Notes: generated from the letters alone by a model not told the origin. DNA of 64,000 bases from Acidobacteriota bacterium (GCA_052389315.1 JBQTIE010000084.1:23075-87074); one strand, 5' to 3'. Positions 20,628 through 38,818 are shown, numbered from the stretch's first letter. Numbers and translations: made by a program.

Positions 20628-21527
20628 ATGGACGCCAAAACGCTGCTGCTCGCCTCGCTCGTCGTGCTGACGCTCTCCTACTTCACGGTCTGGGTCGTGC
20701 TGGCCCGCCGGGGGCGCCGGATTGGTGGCCACGGCTCCGACGAATCGCTGGCCCCCGGCGGCAAGCACCTCGGCATCGGGTTCGTCACCAACTTCTTCGA
20801 CACGCTGGGCATCGGGTCGTTCGCCACCTCCACGGCGGCGTACAAGTTCTGGAAGCTGGTGCCGGACCAGCAGATTCCCGGCACGCTCAACGTGGGCCAC
20901 ACCGTCAACGCCGTCATCCAGGCGCTCGTCTTCATCGCCGTCGTCGAAGTGGAGTTCCGCACGCTCATGTTGATGATCGGGGCCGCCTGTGGGGGCGCGT
21001 GGCTCGGCGCCGGCATCGTGGCCGGATTCTCTCGGCGCAAGGTACAACTCGGAATGGGGTCGGCGCTGCTGGGTGCCGCGGTGATCGTCCTGGCGCAACT
21101 GTTGAACCTGGCTCCGGGCGGTGAAGCGCTGGCGCTGACCGGCACGCGCCTCGTCGTCGGCGTCACCGGCAACTTCATTCTCGGGGCGCTGATGACGCTG
21201 GGCGTCGGCCTCTACGCGCCGTGCATGGTGCTCGTCAGCGTGCTCGGCATGAACCCGACCGTCGCCTTTCCCATCATGATGGGTTCGTGCGCGTTCCTGA
21301 TGCCGGTGGCCAGCATCCAGTTCGTACGTCGTCACGCGTACAACCTGCGCGCGGCGATTGGCCTGGCGGTCGGCGGACCGCTCGCGGTGCTGCTGGCCAT
21401 CTGGCTGGTCACGTCGCTGCCGACGCCGATGGTGCGGGTGCTGGTGCTGATGGTGATCTCGTACACGTCGTTCACGATGCTGCACTCGGCGGCGTCGGAG
21501 CGGCGCGCGGCCGAGGCCCGCGCGTAG
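20628..21527 (+). CDS. TauE/SafE-like (DUF81) anion permease family membrane protein
   Basis: 299-aa polytopic Gly/Leu-rich protein resembling the TauE/SafE family. Assigned from recalled family features only. Confidence 0.65.
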   Translation: MDAKTLLLASLVVLTLSYFTVWVVLARRGRRIGGHGSDESLAPGGKHLGIGFVTNFFDTLGIGSFATSTAAYKFWKLVPDQQIPGTLNVGHTVNAVIQALVFIAVVEVEFRTLMLMIGAACGGAWLGAGIVAGFSRRKVQLGMGSALLGAAVIVLAQLLNLAPGGEALALTGTRLVVGVTGNFILGALMTLGVGLYAPCMVLVSVLGMNPTVAFPIMMGSCAFLMPVASIQFVRRHAYNLRAAIGLAVGGPLAVLLAIWLVTSLPTPMVRVLVLMVISYTSFTMLHSAASERRAAEARA

Positions 21528-21636
21528 CTAGACATCTGCTATGGCCCGAGGCGTCACGAATGAAGCAAGTGTTTCGACCGGCCATAGAGGATGTCCGCCC
21601 CGCCGGAGGCGGGGGAGAACGAGATATGGACGCTAG
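21528..21636 (+). repeat. Degenerate copy of the CTAG-bounded repeat (copy 3)
   Basis: CTAG...CTAG segment. It contains TGAAGCAAGTGTTTCGACCGGCC (compare TGAGGCAAGTTTTCTCGCCCGGCC) and the GCCCCGCC-GGA-GGCGGGG hairpin (compare GCCCGGCC-GGA-GGCCGGGC). Confidence 0.45.
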
Positions 21637-21683
21637 CGAAGCTTCGTTTGGGTTCTTGGCGGCTTGAGGCGGAGCTTCGCTAG
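21633..21683 (+). repeat. CTAGCGA..TCGCTAG palindromic module (copy B)
   Basis: CTAGCGAAGCTTCG pairs with CGGAGCTTCGCTAG (14 bp, one G-T). The 3' 26 nt match 54375-54400 at 22/26. Confidence 0.55.
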
Positions 21684-21816
21684 TGCCAGCCGGCGAGATC
21701 CGGGACATCGAGCGTCCCCACGAGGCAAGGACTGGCTGTGACTCAACACTCACCGCTGAACACTCGCACCTCGTCGCAGAGGACTGACAGCGGTCACACG
21801 CGCGTCTACCGCGCAC

Positions 21817-23070
21817 ATGGGCATGTCCCGGTCGTCCGCTAGCTTCCTCAAGCTGGCCGGCCCCGGCCTGATCGTCGCCGCCACAGGCATCGGTTCGGGC
21901 GACGTGGTCTCGGCCACCGTCGGCGGCGCTCGTTACGGCGTCGTGCTTCTCTGGGCGATTGCCATCGGCGCGTTTTTCAAGTTCGTGCTCACCGAGGGCA
22001 TCGCGCGCTGGCAGCTCGCCACAGGCCTGACGGCCCTCGAAGGCTGGGCCGCCCACCTCCCCGCGTGGGTGCGCTGGTACTTCGGCGCCTATCTCGTGCT
22101 CTGGACCGTCGCGGTGAGCGCCGCGCTCACCAACGCCACCGGGCTGGGCATTTCGAATCTGACCGGCGGCGCGATCCCCCAGGCCTGGGGCGCCGTCGCG
22201 CACAGCCTCATCGGATTCGTGTTCGTGTGGGTCGGCGGCTACGCGTGGTTCGAGCGGCTCATGAAGCTGCTCGTCGGCATCATGGGCTTCAGCATCCTGA
22301 TTTGCGCTCTGCTCATCGTCAGCGACTGGGGCAGCGTGGCGCGCGGCCTGGTGGTGCCGGCGATTCCGTCGGCGAGTGGCACCTATGTGCTCTCGATCAT
22401 CGGCGGCATCGGCGGGTCCATCACGATGCTGTCCTACAACTACTGGATGCGCGAGGAGAAGATCAGCGGCGCCGACGCGCTCGGCTACGTGCGGGGCGAC
22501 GTCGCGATCGCGTACCTGTTCACCGCGATCTTCGGCATGTCGATCATGCTCATTGCGAATCAGGCGTTCTTCCTCGCCGGCGTGACGATCACCGACGCCC
22601 AGGCCGTGCCGAAGATGGCCGAAATGCTCGGCACGCTCCTCGGGACCTTTGGGGTCTACGCCTATTCCCTCGGGTTCTGGGCGGCAGTCTTCGCCTCGCT
22701 GCTGGGCGTCTGGCAGAGCGTGCCGTACCTCTACGCCGACTTCTACGGCATCCTGAAGCGCATGCCACCAGATGAACGCCGCGTGGTGACGCGCGTGACG
22801 AGCATGCCCTACCGGCTGGCCCTCGGCTTCATCACGCTCGTCCCGCTGCCCTTTGCGTTCACCGGCCGGCCGATCGTCATCATCGTGATCTACACGGTGG
22901 TCGGCAGCTTGTTCGTGCCGTTCCTCGCGGCGACGCTGTTGTATCTGAACAACCGCGTGCAATGGGCCGCCGCCGTTCCGCACAACCGCTGGGCCACCAA
23001 CGTCGTGCTGGCGGCGATCCTCGCGCTGTTTGCCGTGATCGGCGCGCAGGAAGTGATCAACGCGCTCTGA
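21817..23070 (+). CDS. Nramp-family (COG1914-like) cation transporter with a non-canonical TM1 motif
   Basis: 417-aa protein with ~11 TM segments and Nramp-like organisation. TM1 reads GIGSGDVVS where canonical MntH has DPGN. The TM6 region reads GGSITMLSYNYW. Confidence 0.8.
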   Translation: MGMSRSSASFLKLAGPGLIVAATGIGSGDVVSATVGGARYGVVLLWAIAIGAFFKFVLTEGIARWQLATGLTALEGWAAHLPAWVRWYFGAYLVLWTVAVSAALTNATGLGISNLTGGAIPQAWGAVAHSLIGFVFVWVGGYAWFERLMKLLVGIMGFSILICALLIVSDWGSVARGLVVPAIPSASGTYVLSIIGGIGGSITMLSYNYWMREEKISGADALGYVRGDVAIAYLFTAIFGMSIMLIANQAFFLAGVTITDAQAVPKMAEMLGTLLGTFGVYAYSLGFWAAVFASLLGVWQSVPYLYADFYGILKRMPPDERRVVTRVTSMPYRLALGFITLVPLPFAFTGRPIVIIVIYTVVGSLFVPFLAATLLYLNNRVQWAAAVPHNRWATNVVLAAILALFAVIGAQEVINAL

Positions 23071-23152
23071 GCGCGCATGCCCCGGACATCGGCAATCGGG
23101 ACGGCGGGGCCCGTCGGGGCAGCCCCCGCGCCGGTGTGAAGCGTGTGACCTG

Positions 23153-24787
23153 CTATCCCGGGTCCTCGGCCGGCCGAGCCGCCAGCTCGCGCAACCTGAA
23201 CCGCTGAATCTTTCCCGTCGCCGTCTTGGGCAGCTCGGGCACGAAGCGCACCCATCGCGGGCGCTTGAACTCGGCGACCTGCTCCCGGACGAACTGCTGC
23301 AGCAGCGCTGCCCGTTCGGGGCCGCCCTGCACTTCAGGCTTCAAGACGACGAAGGCCAGGGGCTTGATCAGCCTGTCGTTGTCCTCGTGGCCCACAACCC
23401 CGCATTCGAGCACGTCGGGATGCGCGATCAGCGCGTTCTCCACTTCGACGGGACTCACCCACTGCCCACCCACCTTGAGCATGTCGTCCGCGCGCCCGGC
23501 GTACCAGAAGTACCCGTCGGCATCCTGCGAGTACTTGTCGCCGGTTCTCAGCCAGCGCCCTTCGATGGTGTCGATGGTCTTCTGGTGCTTGTTCCAGTAC
23601 TCCCGGCACACCGAATCGCCGCTGATCCAGAGATTGCCGACCTCCCCCGACGGGAGCGGGCGCCCGTCCTGATCGAGAATCCGTGCCTCGTAGCCCTCCA
23701 CGATTCGGCCGCTGGATCCCACGCGCACGGCGTCGGGCCGGTTCGCGATGAACATGTGCAGGGCCTCGGTGGACCCGATGCCGTCGAGGACCTCGAGGCC
23801 AAAACGTTCCTTGAATCGCTCGAAGAGTGCCGGCGGCAGCGCTTCGCCCGCCGAGACCGCCAGCCGGATGCTCGACAGGTCGAAGTCTTTCGTCGTCTGG
23901 CCCTCGCCGTCGTGCGAAGAGCTCTCGCGCCGGTGCGCGAGCAGCATGCCGTAGCTCGTTGGCACCGAGTAGAACACGGTCGGCCGGTAGCGCTCGATCA
24001 CGTCGTACACGTGCTTGGCGGCGGGGGGGCCGGGCCAGAGGATCGATGTGCCACCGACAGCCAGCGGGAAGTACAGGGCGTTGCCGAGACCGTAGGCGAA
24101 GAAGAGCTTGGCGACGCTGAAGCAGCGGTCGTCGCCCGTGATGCCAAAGGTGCGCTTGCCCACGAGCTCGGCACAGACGACCATGTCGTGATGCAGGTGC
24201 ACGCACCCCTTCGACAGGCCCGTGCTCCCGGACGAGTAGTTCCAGAACGCCGCGTCGTCTCGACTCGTTGGCTCCGCCTCGAAGGCACTCGAGCCGTGCG
24301 CCAGCAGCTCGTCCAGCCGCACATGCCCGGCACTCTGCGCACGCCCGTCCAGCACGATGTGCCGGAGGCGCGGCTGCGTGCGAGGCGTGACATGGGCCAC
24401 TGAGGGCAGGAGCGCTTCGCTCACGACGAGCACGGCGGCGCGGGTGTCGCGCAGCAGATAGTCGTAGTCGGCCGGCTTGAGCAGCGTGTTCACGGGAACG
24501 GCAATCGCGCCCGCCTTCATCGTCCCGAAGAACGCGTACGCGAACGCGGGCCCGTCGAGCAGGAGCAGGAGCACACGCTCCTCGGGACGGACCTGCAGCC
24601 GTTCGCGCAGCGCGGATCCAAAGCGATTGACGCGTTCGTGGAGGGCGGCGTACGTGATCTGCTCGTCGCCGCACTCCATGGCGACCTTGCCGCCGCGCCC
24701 CTCCTGCACGTGCCGATCGACGAAGTAGGTGGCAGCGTTAAAGGTCTCGGGCACGCCGAGATCTGCTGCGGAGATGACCGGGGACAT
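23153..24787 (-). CDS. Benzoate-CoA ligase family AMP-dependent synthetase
   Basis: ORF 23153..24850 trimmed to ATG 24787 (MSPVISAADLGVPETFNAATYFVDRH). AMP-binding motifs YSSGSTGLSKG and GDKY..DGYFWYAGRADDMLKVGGQWVSP are present. Confidence 0.85.
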   Translation of the reverse strand: MSPVISAADLGVPETFNAATYFVDRHVQEGRGGKVAMECGDEQITYAALHERVNRFGSALRERLQVRPEERVLLLLLDGPAFAYAFFGTMKAGAIAVPVNTLLKPADYDYLLRDTRAAVLVVSEALLPSVAHVTPRTQPRLRHIVLDGRAQSAGHVRLDELLAHGSSAFEAEPTSRDDAAFWNYSSGSTGLSKGCVHLHHDMVVCAELVGKRTFGITGDDRCFSVAKLFFAYGLGNALYFPLAVGGTSILWPGPPAAKHVYDVIERYRPTVFYSVPTSYGMLLAHRRESSSHDGEGQTTKDFDLSSIRLAVSAGEALPPALFERFKERFGLEVLDGIGSTEALHMFIANRPDAVRVGSSGRIVEGYEARILDQDGRPLPSGEVGNLWISGDSVCREYWNKHQKTIDTIEGRWLRTGDKYSQDADGYFWYAGRADDMLKVGGQWVSPVEVENALIAHPDVLECGVVGHEDNDRLIKPLAFVVLKPEVQGGPERAALLQQFVREQVAEFKRPRWVRFVPELPKTATGKIQRFRLRELAARPAEDPG

Positions 24788-24934
24788 GCCGGTAAGTGTA
24801 TTCGGCCGTCGCGTCCCGCGCGCAATCAGCGGCTGCCCGCCGGTCAACACCGGCGCGCGGGGCGTCCCGGATCTCGGTCACGCGAAGCACGCCCTGGCCA
24901 GCTCGTCGCCGGCGTGCCCGGGATTCCCCCGCGA

Positions 24935-26017
24935 TCATGGTTCGAACGACCTGATCGGCTCGACCCGAAACATCGTCATCACGCCTTCCACCACGAGGTG
25001 CCACACCACGTGGCCATCGCGATTGACCTCGAAGGCTTCGGTCGGACCCGTCGAGCCGTTGCGCCCCGCGCTCATCCCGAAAGCCACGAGGGTGTGGCCG
25101 TTCGCCATCCGGACGGCGGAGCTCACCGCGGACGAGTAATTGTCTTTCGGCGGCCGCCACTGCCAGACCGGCCTGGCGACTCGTCCCGCGAGGGCAAACT
25201 CGACCGCCCGCGAATACCTGCCGGCCAGGTCGGTTCGATTGTCGAACATCAGGATGGTGTTCGGCGTCGTCTCCGAAGCCGTGTGCTGCGCCGAGAATCG
25301 CTGGTCGGGCGGCACCTGGATGGTCGGCCGGACGCCGCCGAGCCGCCACTGGAGCGACGCCCAGTCGGGCGCGATCGAGATCACCTGATCCAGATAGTGC
25401 AGGCTCAGCAGGATGTTGCCGCCGGAGCCGATCGCAAGGGAGTTGCCGTGCAGCCACGCACCGGCGGTGCGGGCCGAGCGGTCGAGCGCCGGCGACAGGT
25501 GGTCCCACGAGCGCCAACGCCGGACGTCTTCCCCGGTCTCCGGTGTCCATTCCCAGATCGCCTCGCCCTTGAGCCGCTTGCCCGCGAAGTCCTCCGTATC
25601 GAACGCCAGATACAGGATGGTGTCGCGCGGCGTCACCGCCAGCGCGTGGTGCAGTTCTCGTTCCGGATCGCGCTGGCGCAGCTCGTGGATGACTGCGCCG
25701 GTCCGGTCGACTTCGACCAGGCCGTAGCCCTTGTCCATGAAGACGAAGTTCCGGTTCGTCCGTTGGACGGCGGCAAACGGGTAGTCACGCGTCCGGTAGT
25801 GCCAGGCGATGCGCCCAGACGACTCGACGAGCGCATAGCCCTTGAAGCCGTCCTCGGAAAACAGATGGACGAGCGCATAGGCCGAAGACAGCGAGCCCGT
25901 CGCCGAGATCCGGATTTTCTGCAGATCGGGAGGAATGTGACGGTCGGTCGCGCCGGGTTGGCGTGCCCCGGCCGAGACGACGCCAATGACCAGCCATCCA
26001 CACAAGAACCGTCGCAT
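24935..26017 (-). CDS. Arylsulfotransferase (ASST)-like beta-propeller protein, secreted
   Basis: 360 aa with an N-terminal hydrophobic signal. The HHAL / LHGNS / HYLD pattern resembles the ASST family. Assigned from recalled features only. Confidence 0.5.
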   Translation of the reverse strand: MRRFLCGWLVIGVVSAGARQPGATDRHIPPDLQKIRISATGSLSSAYALVHLFSEDGFKGYALVESSGRIAWHYRTRDYPFAAVQRTNRNFVFMDKGYGLVEVDRTGAVIHELRQRDPERELHHALAVTPRDTILYLAFDTEDFAGKRLKGEAIWEWTPETGEDVRRWRSWDHLSPALDRSARTAGAWLHGNSLAIGSGGNILLSLHYLDQVISIAPDWASLQWRLGGVRPTIQVPPDQRFSAQHTASETTPNTILMFDNRTDLAGRYSRAVEFALAGRVARPVWQWRPPKDNYSSAVSSAVRMANGHTLVAFGMSAGRNGSTGPTEAFEVNRDGHVVWHLVVEGVMTMFRVEPIRSFEP

Positions 26018-26029
26018 GAACCCTCCGGT

Positions 26030-27280
26030 TCAGGCTACGCCGACCATTCCTGCTGAACGCCTGGCGCGCGCGTCAGAAGCAGGTGCACATCGTAGCATGC
26101 CGCGCAGAGCCAACGCCCACAGCAGCCATGCGGCATAGAGCCGGGGATAGGCGGCGATCACACGCCAGCCGTCGGTGAACACCTCCGCCGTGTAGGCGAG
26201 AGGAACCACGTACAGCACGGTGAACACGGTGAGCGAGATCGCGCTCGTCGGAATCAGCACCAGGGCCGCCGCAAAGAGCAGGAAGTGCGGCTCGGCCGCG
26301 GCCGGCAGCGCGAGTTCCGAAAGGCACAGGCCCGCGGCCACCCACAGGCCGGTGGGGCTTCGACGGGCCAGCATCAACGTGGCCCCGAGCGCGGCGACGA
26401 TGAGCGTGGCGGGCACCATGAACGCGATCGGCGCGCAATCCGCCGCCGGACGGGGGTTCCACCGCTCGTCGGCGATGCAGAGGCGCCTGAACAGGCTGAG
26501 CGTCGTCTGGTAGGCTGTGGCGGAGCCGGCCGGCCGCTCGATGAACTCCACGACGGCCGGCGGGTACCGTGTCCACATGTCGGTTTCGACGAAGGCCGCG
26601 GCAACGGCGACCGTGATCGCGGCGGCAACCAGCACGGATTTCACGGCCTGCCACCGCCGCATCCAGATCAGCAGCAGGAGCAGCGGCGCACCCGCCGCCT
26701 TGAGCGCCAACGCGAGTCCGAGCAGGGCGCCGGCGACCCGATCGCGGCCCCCGATGAGCGTGAGCGCCGCCCCTGCGAGCATCGCGAAGACGAACAGGTA
26801 GCCCTGGCCCGTCCTCAGGTTGGCGAACATCGCGGGATTGAGCATCACGATCGCCATGACGATGACCGTGCGCGGCATGGCCCGTTGCTCCCGGTACCGG
26901 GCGAGCGCGAAGGCCGCGACCGACGCCGCCGCGAGCGAGGCAAAGAGCCAGACTGCCCTGGCCACGCCCGGATCCAGCCACGCGATGGGCACCGCCATCA
27001 GCGCCATCGTCGGGGGGTTGGGGCTGAAGATCTCCAGGACGTCCGTGCCCGTGAATGCCTGCACGACGGCGCCGAACCAGCCGTCGTCGTATGCCGAAGG
27101 GCCAAGTCGGCCCTCGAGGAGCAGGCGCGCCGCGGTGTAGTACGCGATGAAGCCGTGCGTGGTGCGCCAGACGGATGAGCTGACGACGTAGGTCAGGAGG
27201 GCCGCGACGGCAGCCAGCAGGCTCGTGCGGATGAGCCGGCTACGCCTGGACCTGGCGGAACCGGCCATGGACGGCGGCAC
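26030..27280 (-). CDS. Polytopic membrane protein, GT-C-like (DUF2029/GT87-like) putative glycosyltransferase
   Basis: 416 aa with more than 10 hydrophobic segments. The family call is tentative. Confidence 0.4.
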   Translation of the reverse strand: MPPSMAGSARSRRSRLIRTSLLAAVAALLTYVVSSSVWRTTHGFIAYYTAARLLLEGRLGPSAYDDGWFGAVVQAFTGTDVLEIFSPNPPTMALMAVPIAWLDPGVARAVWLFASLAAASVAAFALARYREQRAMPRTVIVMAIVMLNPAMFANLRTGQGYLFVFAMLAGAALTLIGGRDRVAGALLGLALALKAAGAPLLLLLIWMRRWQAVKSVLVAAAITVAVAAAFVETDMWTRYPPAVVEFIERPAGSATAYQTTLSLFRRLCIADERWNPRPAADCAPIAFMVPATLIVAALGATLMLARRSPTGLWVAAGLCLSELALPAAAEPHFLLFAAALVLIPTSAISLTVFTVLYVVPLAYTAEVFTDGWRVIAAYPRLYAAWLLWALALRGMLRCAPASDARARRSAGMVGVA

Positions 27281-27453
27281 CCGTGAGCCGCTCCGGCACG
27301 CGTGAGCACGTGTCCCGTCTCTCGGCGGGCGCGGGCGAGGCCATCAACGGCTCCATCTGAACCACCCACGCTCGAGGCGCCCTCGAACGCCGTGCGTCCG
27401 GCTCGGACGGCGAGGCGTCTGGCACGGCGGCACGGGCGCTGGCCCCTGCGCCG

Positions 27454-31671
<4,218 letters not shown>

Positions 31672-31673
31672 GC

Positions 31674-35966
<4,293 letters not shown>

Positions 35967-35986
35967 CGGAGCAACACCCTCGGCTT

Positions 35987-36021
35987 CGAAGAAATTCCTG
36001 GGCCGGATCGACGATCCGGCC
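35987..36021 (-). terminator. rplL-rpoB intergenic hairpin (candidate attenuator/partial terminator)
   Basis: GGCCGGATC-GTC-GATCCGGCC (36021-36001 on the minus strand), followed by CAGGAATTTCTTCG. It occupies the position where E. coli has a partial terminator between rplL and rpoB. Confidence 0.45.
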
Positions 36022-36035
36022 GGACTGCCCGCGAC

Positions 36036-36428
36036 CTACCTGACCTCGACTTTCGCGCCGGCGTCTTCGAACTTCTTCTTGATCGCCTCGGCCTCGTCCT
36101 TGGTCACGCCTTCCTTGATGGCCTTCGGGGCGCCCTCGACCAGGTCCTTGGCTTCCTTGAGGCCCAGACTCGTGACCTCGCGGACGACCTTGATCACGTT
36201 GATCTTGTTGCTGCCGATGTCGGTCAGCGTCACCGTGAACTCGGTCTTCTCCTCGACGGGTGCGGCCGCGGCGCCGCCTGCCCCGCCCATCATCGGCATC
36301 GCCATGGGCATGGCCGCCGCCGCAGAGACGCCGAGCTCACTCTCGAGCGCCTTCACGAGATTGCTGAGTTCGAGGACGCTGATGCCCTTGATGTAGTCGA
36401 CCACCTGCTGCTGCGTAAGCTCTGCCAT
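36036..36428 (-). CDS. rplL: 50S ribosomal protein L7/L12
   Basis: 130 aa with an Ala/Met hinge and a C-terminal domain ([21 protein letters not shown]). Confidence 0.96.
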   Translation of the reverse strand: MAELTQQQVVDYIKGISVLELSNLVKALESELGVSAAAAMPMAMPMMGGAGGAAAAPVEEKTEFTVTLTDIGSNKINVIKVVREVTSLGLKEAKDLVEGAPKAIKEGVTKDEAEAIKKKFEDAGAKVEVR

Positions 36429-36474
36429 GTCCCACTCCTGTGAACAACGAAACCCTCTGACGACGGGGCCGACC

Positions 36475-37002
36475 TCAGCCCTCGGACCGCTTCTTTTCCG
36501 CCTGCACCAGCACGCTCATGAGGTCGCGAGGCCCCGCGTTGAGCACCCGCACCAGATTGACCATCGGCGCCTGGAGCACGAACAGCAATTTCGCGTACAG
36601 CTCCGGACGACCCGGCATGTTGGCGAGCTCGCCGACCTGCGCCGGCTGGAGCGCCTGGCCCTGCACGACCGCCGCCTTGATCTGCAGCGTGGGCGCACTC
36701 TTCATGAAGGTCGTCAACGCCTTGGCCAGCGCCACCGGATCGGCGTCGGTGTAGGCCACGGCCGTCGTGCCCTCGAAGTGCGCGCTCAGCGAGGCGAAGT
36801 CGGTGCCCGCCAGGGCCCGCCTGGCCAGCGTGTTCTTGACCACCTTGTACCCGGCCCGCGCCTTGCGGAGCTGCGCGCGCAGCTCGGTGACCTGCGGCAC
36901 GTTGATGCCCTTGTAGTCGATCAGGATCGCGGCATCGCTCGCCTGAAAGACCCCTTCGAGCATCCGCAGTTCGGATTCCTTGTCGGCTCGTGTGACTGCC
37001 AT
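36475..37002 (-). CDS. rplJ: 50S ribosomal protein L10
   Basis: 175 aa. Position between rplA and rplL. GGAAGGGAC Shine-Dalgarno in the 9-nt spacer. Confidence 0.94.
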   Translation of the reverse strand: MAVTRADKESELRMLEGVFQASDAAILIDYKGINVPQVTELRAQLRKARAGYKVVKNTLARRALAGTDFASLSAHFEGTTAVAYTDADPVALAKALTTFMKSAPTLQIKAAVVQGQALQPAQVGELANMPGRPELYAKLLFVLQAPMVNLVRVLNAGPRDLMSVLVQAEKKRSEG

Positions 37003-37011
37003 GTCCCTTCC

Positions 37012-37716
37012 CTAGCGTTTCGCCGCGGTCTCGACCCGGCCTTCGTCGATCTTCACGCCCGGCCCCATCGTCGAGGACACGGTGATGCTGCGGAGGTACT
37101 TGCCTTTCGCCGCCGCGGGCTTCGCCTTCACGATGCTGTCGAGCAGGGCCGAGGCATTCTCGATGAGGCTCTGCGGCGGAAACGACGTCTTGCCGACCGG
37201 CGCGTGCACGATGCCGGTCTTGTCCACGCGGAACTCGACCTTGCCTGCCTTGATTTCCTTGACGGCCTGGGCCACGTTCGGGGTGACCGTGCCCGTCTTG
37301 GGATTCGGCATCAACCCGCGCGGCCCGAGCACCTTGCCGAGCTTGCCCACCACGCGCATCATGTCGGGCGTCGCGACGACGGCTTCGAACTCCATCCATC
37401 CGCCGGAAATCTTCTCGACCATTTCTTCGCCGCCCACGACGTCGGCGCCCGCCTCCTCGGCTTCCTTCTGCTTGTCTGCGCCGGCGATGACCAGCACGCG
37501 CTTGGACTTGCCGAGGCCATGGGGCAGCACCACCGTGCCGCGCACCATCTGGTCGGCGTGCTTGGGATCCACGCCGAGGCGGATGGACAGGGCGACGGTC
37601 TCGTCGAACTTGGCGAACTTGATGCGCTGCACCAAGGGCAGCGCCTCGTCGAGCGCGTAGGCGCGAGGCTCGACCTGCTGGCGAGCCGCCGTATATCTCT
37701 TGCCGCGGTTCCTCAT
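37012..37716 (-). CDS. rplA: 50S ribosomal protein L1
   Basis: 234 aa with typical L1 sequence ([32 protein letters not shown]). Confidence 0.96.
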   Translation of the reverse strand: MRNRGKRYTAARQQVEPRAYALDEALPLVQRIKFAKFDETVALSIRLGVDPKHADQMVRGTVVLPHGLGKSKRVLVIAGADKQKEAEEAGADVVGGEEMVEKISGGWMEFEAVVATPDMMRVVGKLGKVLGPRGLMPNPKTGTVTPNVAQAVKEIKAGKVEFRVDKTGIVHAPVGKTSFPPQSLIENASALLDSIVKAKPAAAKGKYLRSITVSSTMGPGVKIDEGRVETAAKR

Positions 37717-37789
37717 ACGTCCTCTTCGTGGTGCTGCCGGCCTCGCAGGAGACCTCCCACCGTTCCGTGCGAACTCAGATGCGCGTGCC

Positions 37790-38215
37790 TCACCCCACCA
37801 CGTCCAGGCCCATCGAGCGGGCGGTGCCGGCGACGGTCTTGACGGCCGCCTCGAGCGATCCGCAGTTGAGGTCCGGCATCTTCAGCTTCGCGATGTCCTC
37901 GACCTGCTTCCGCGTGACCGTGCCCACCTTGTTCTTGTTGGGCTCGGCCGATCCCTTGGCCAGGTTGGCCGCGCGCTTGAGCAGCACCGAGGCCGGGGGG
38001 GTCTTGGTGATGAAGCTGTACGAGCGATCCGAGTACACCGTCACGACCGCCGGAATGATCAGCCCTTCGTCCTTCGCCGTGCGGGCGTTGAACGCCTTGC
38101 AGAAGTCCATGATGTTGACCCCGTGGGGGCCCAGCGCCGTGCCCACGGGCGGGGCGGGCGTCGCCTTGCCGGCCGCAATCTGGAGCTTCACCATCGCTTG
38201 CACTTTTTTCGCCAT
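37790..38215 (-). CDS. rplK: 50S ribosomal protein L11
   Basis: 141 aa with [27 protein letters not shown]. Confidence 0.97.
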   Translation of the reverse strand: MAKKVQAMVKLQIAAGKATPAPPVGTALGPHGVNIMDFCKAFNARTAKDEGLIIPAVVTVYSDRSYSFITKTPPASVLLKRAANLAKGSAEPNKNKVGTVTRKQVEDIAKLKMPDLNCGSLEAAVKTVAGTARSMGLDVVG

Positions 38216-38275
38216 CGCTCTTCTCGATGCGCTCCTCGACCACCGGGCGAGCCCGCGGCCGGAGACGCCCTCCGC

Positions 38276-38818
38276 CTAGAGTTTCTCCACCTGCAGGAAA
38301 TCCAACTCGACAGGCGTCGAGCGTCCGAAGATCGTGACCATCACCTTCAGGGTGTTCTTGTCGGCGTTCACTTCGTCGACCGAGCCGTTGAACCCGGCAA
38401 ACGGGCCCTCGTTGATCCGCACCTGGTCGCCCTTGTCGAAGCTGTACTTCGGCTTGGGCTTCTCGGCCGCCGTCCGCACCTGCGTCAGGATCTGCTCGAC
38501 TTCATCCTTGGTCAGCGGGGTCGGCTTGGCGCCGGCACCGACGAATCCGGTCACCTTCGGCGTGTTCTTGACGACGTGCCAGGCATTGTCGGTCATGTTC
38601 ATCTCGACCAGGATGTAGCCGGGGAAGAAGCGCTTCGAGGACACCACCTTCTTCCCCGAGCGCATCTCCACCACATCCTCGGTCGGGATGAGCACCTCGC
38701 CGATTTCGTCCTGGAGCCCGTAGGCCTGCACGCGCTGCTCCAGCGATTCGGCCACCTTCTTCTCGAACCCGGAATACGTGTGGACGATGTACCAGTTCTT
38801 TGCGCTGACTTCAGTCAT
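38276..38818 (-). CDS. nusG: Transcription termination/antitermination factor NusG
   Basis: Track ORF 38276..39019 trimmed to ATG 38818 ([22 protein letters not shown]). KOW motif [22 protein letters not shown] overlap with the secE stop. Confidence 0.95.
   Translation of the reverse strand: MTEVSAKNWYIVHTYSGFEKKVAESLEQRVQAYGLQDEIGEVLIPTEDVVEMRSGKKVVSSKRFFPGYILVEMNMTDNAWHVVKNTPKVTGFVGAGAKPTPLTKDEVEQILTQVRTAAEKPKPKYSFDKGDQVRINEGPFAGFNGSVDEVNADKNTLKVMVTIFGRSTPVELDFLQVEKL

Noticed and set aside
21684-21816. Possible yybP-ykoY (Mn) riboswitch in the Nramp-like gene leader (GGGGGAGAACG ... GGCAAGGACUGG).
   Set aside because: Only loose resemblance to the conserved GGGGAGUAGC / UUGACAU / CAAGACC elements. 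The UUGACA element is absent. The GGGGAG-like piece belongs to the degenerate repeat copy. A cmsearch with RF00080 would settle it, and I expect no hit.
16601-23070. TPR protein + HK/RR + TauE-like + Nramp-like genes considered as a single novel signalling/transport system.
   Set aside because: The genes are separated by spacers containing repeat elements. They have no known functional linkage, and each belongs to a very common family. Co-orientation alone is insufficient evidence.
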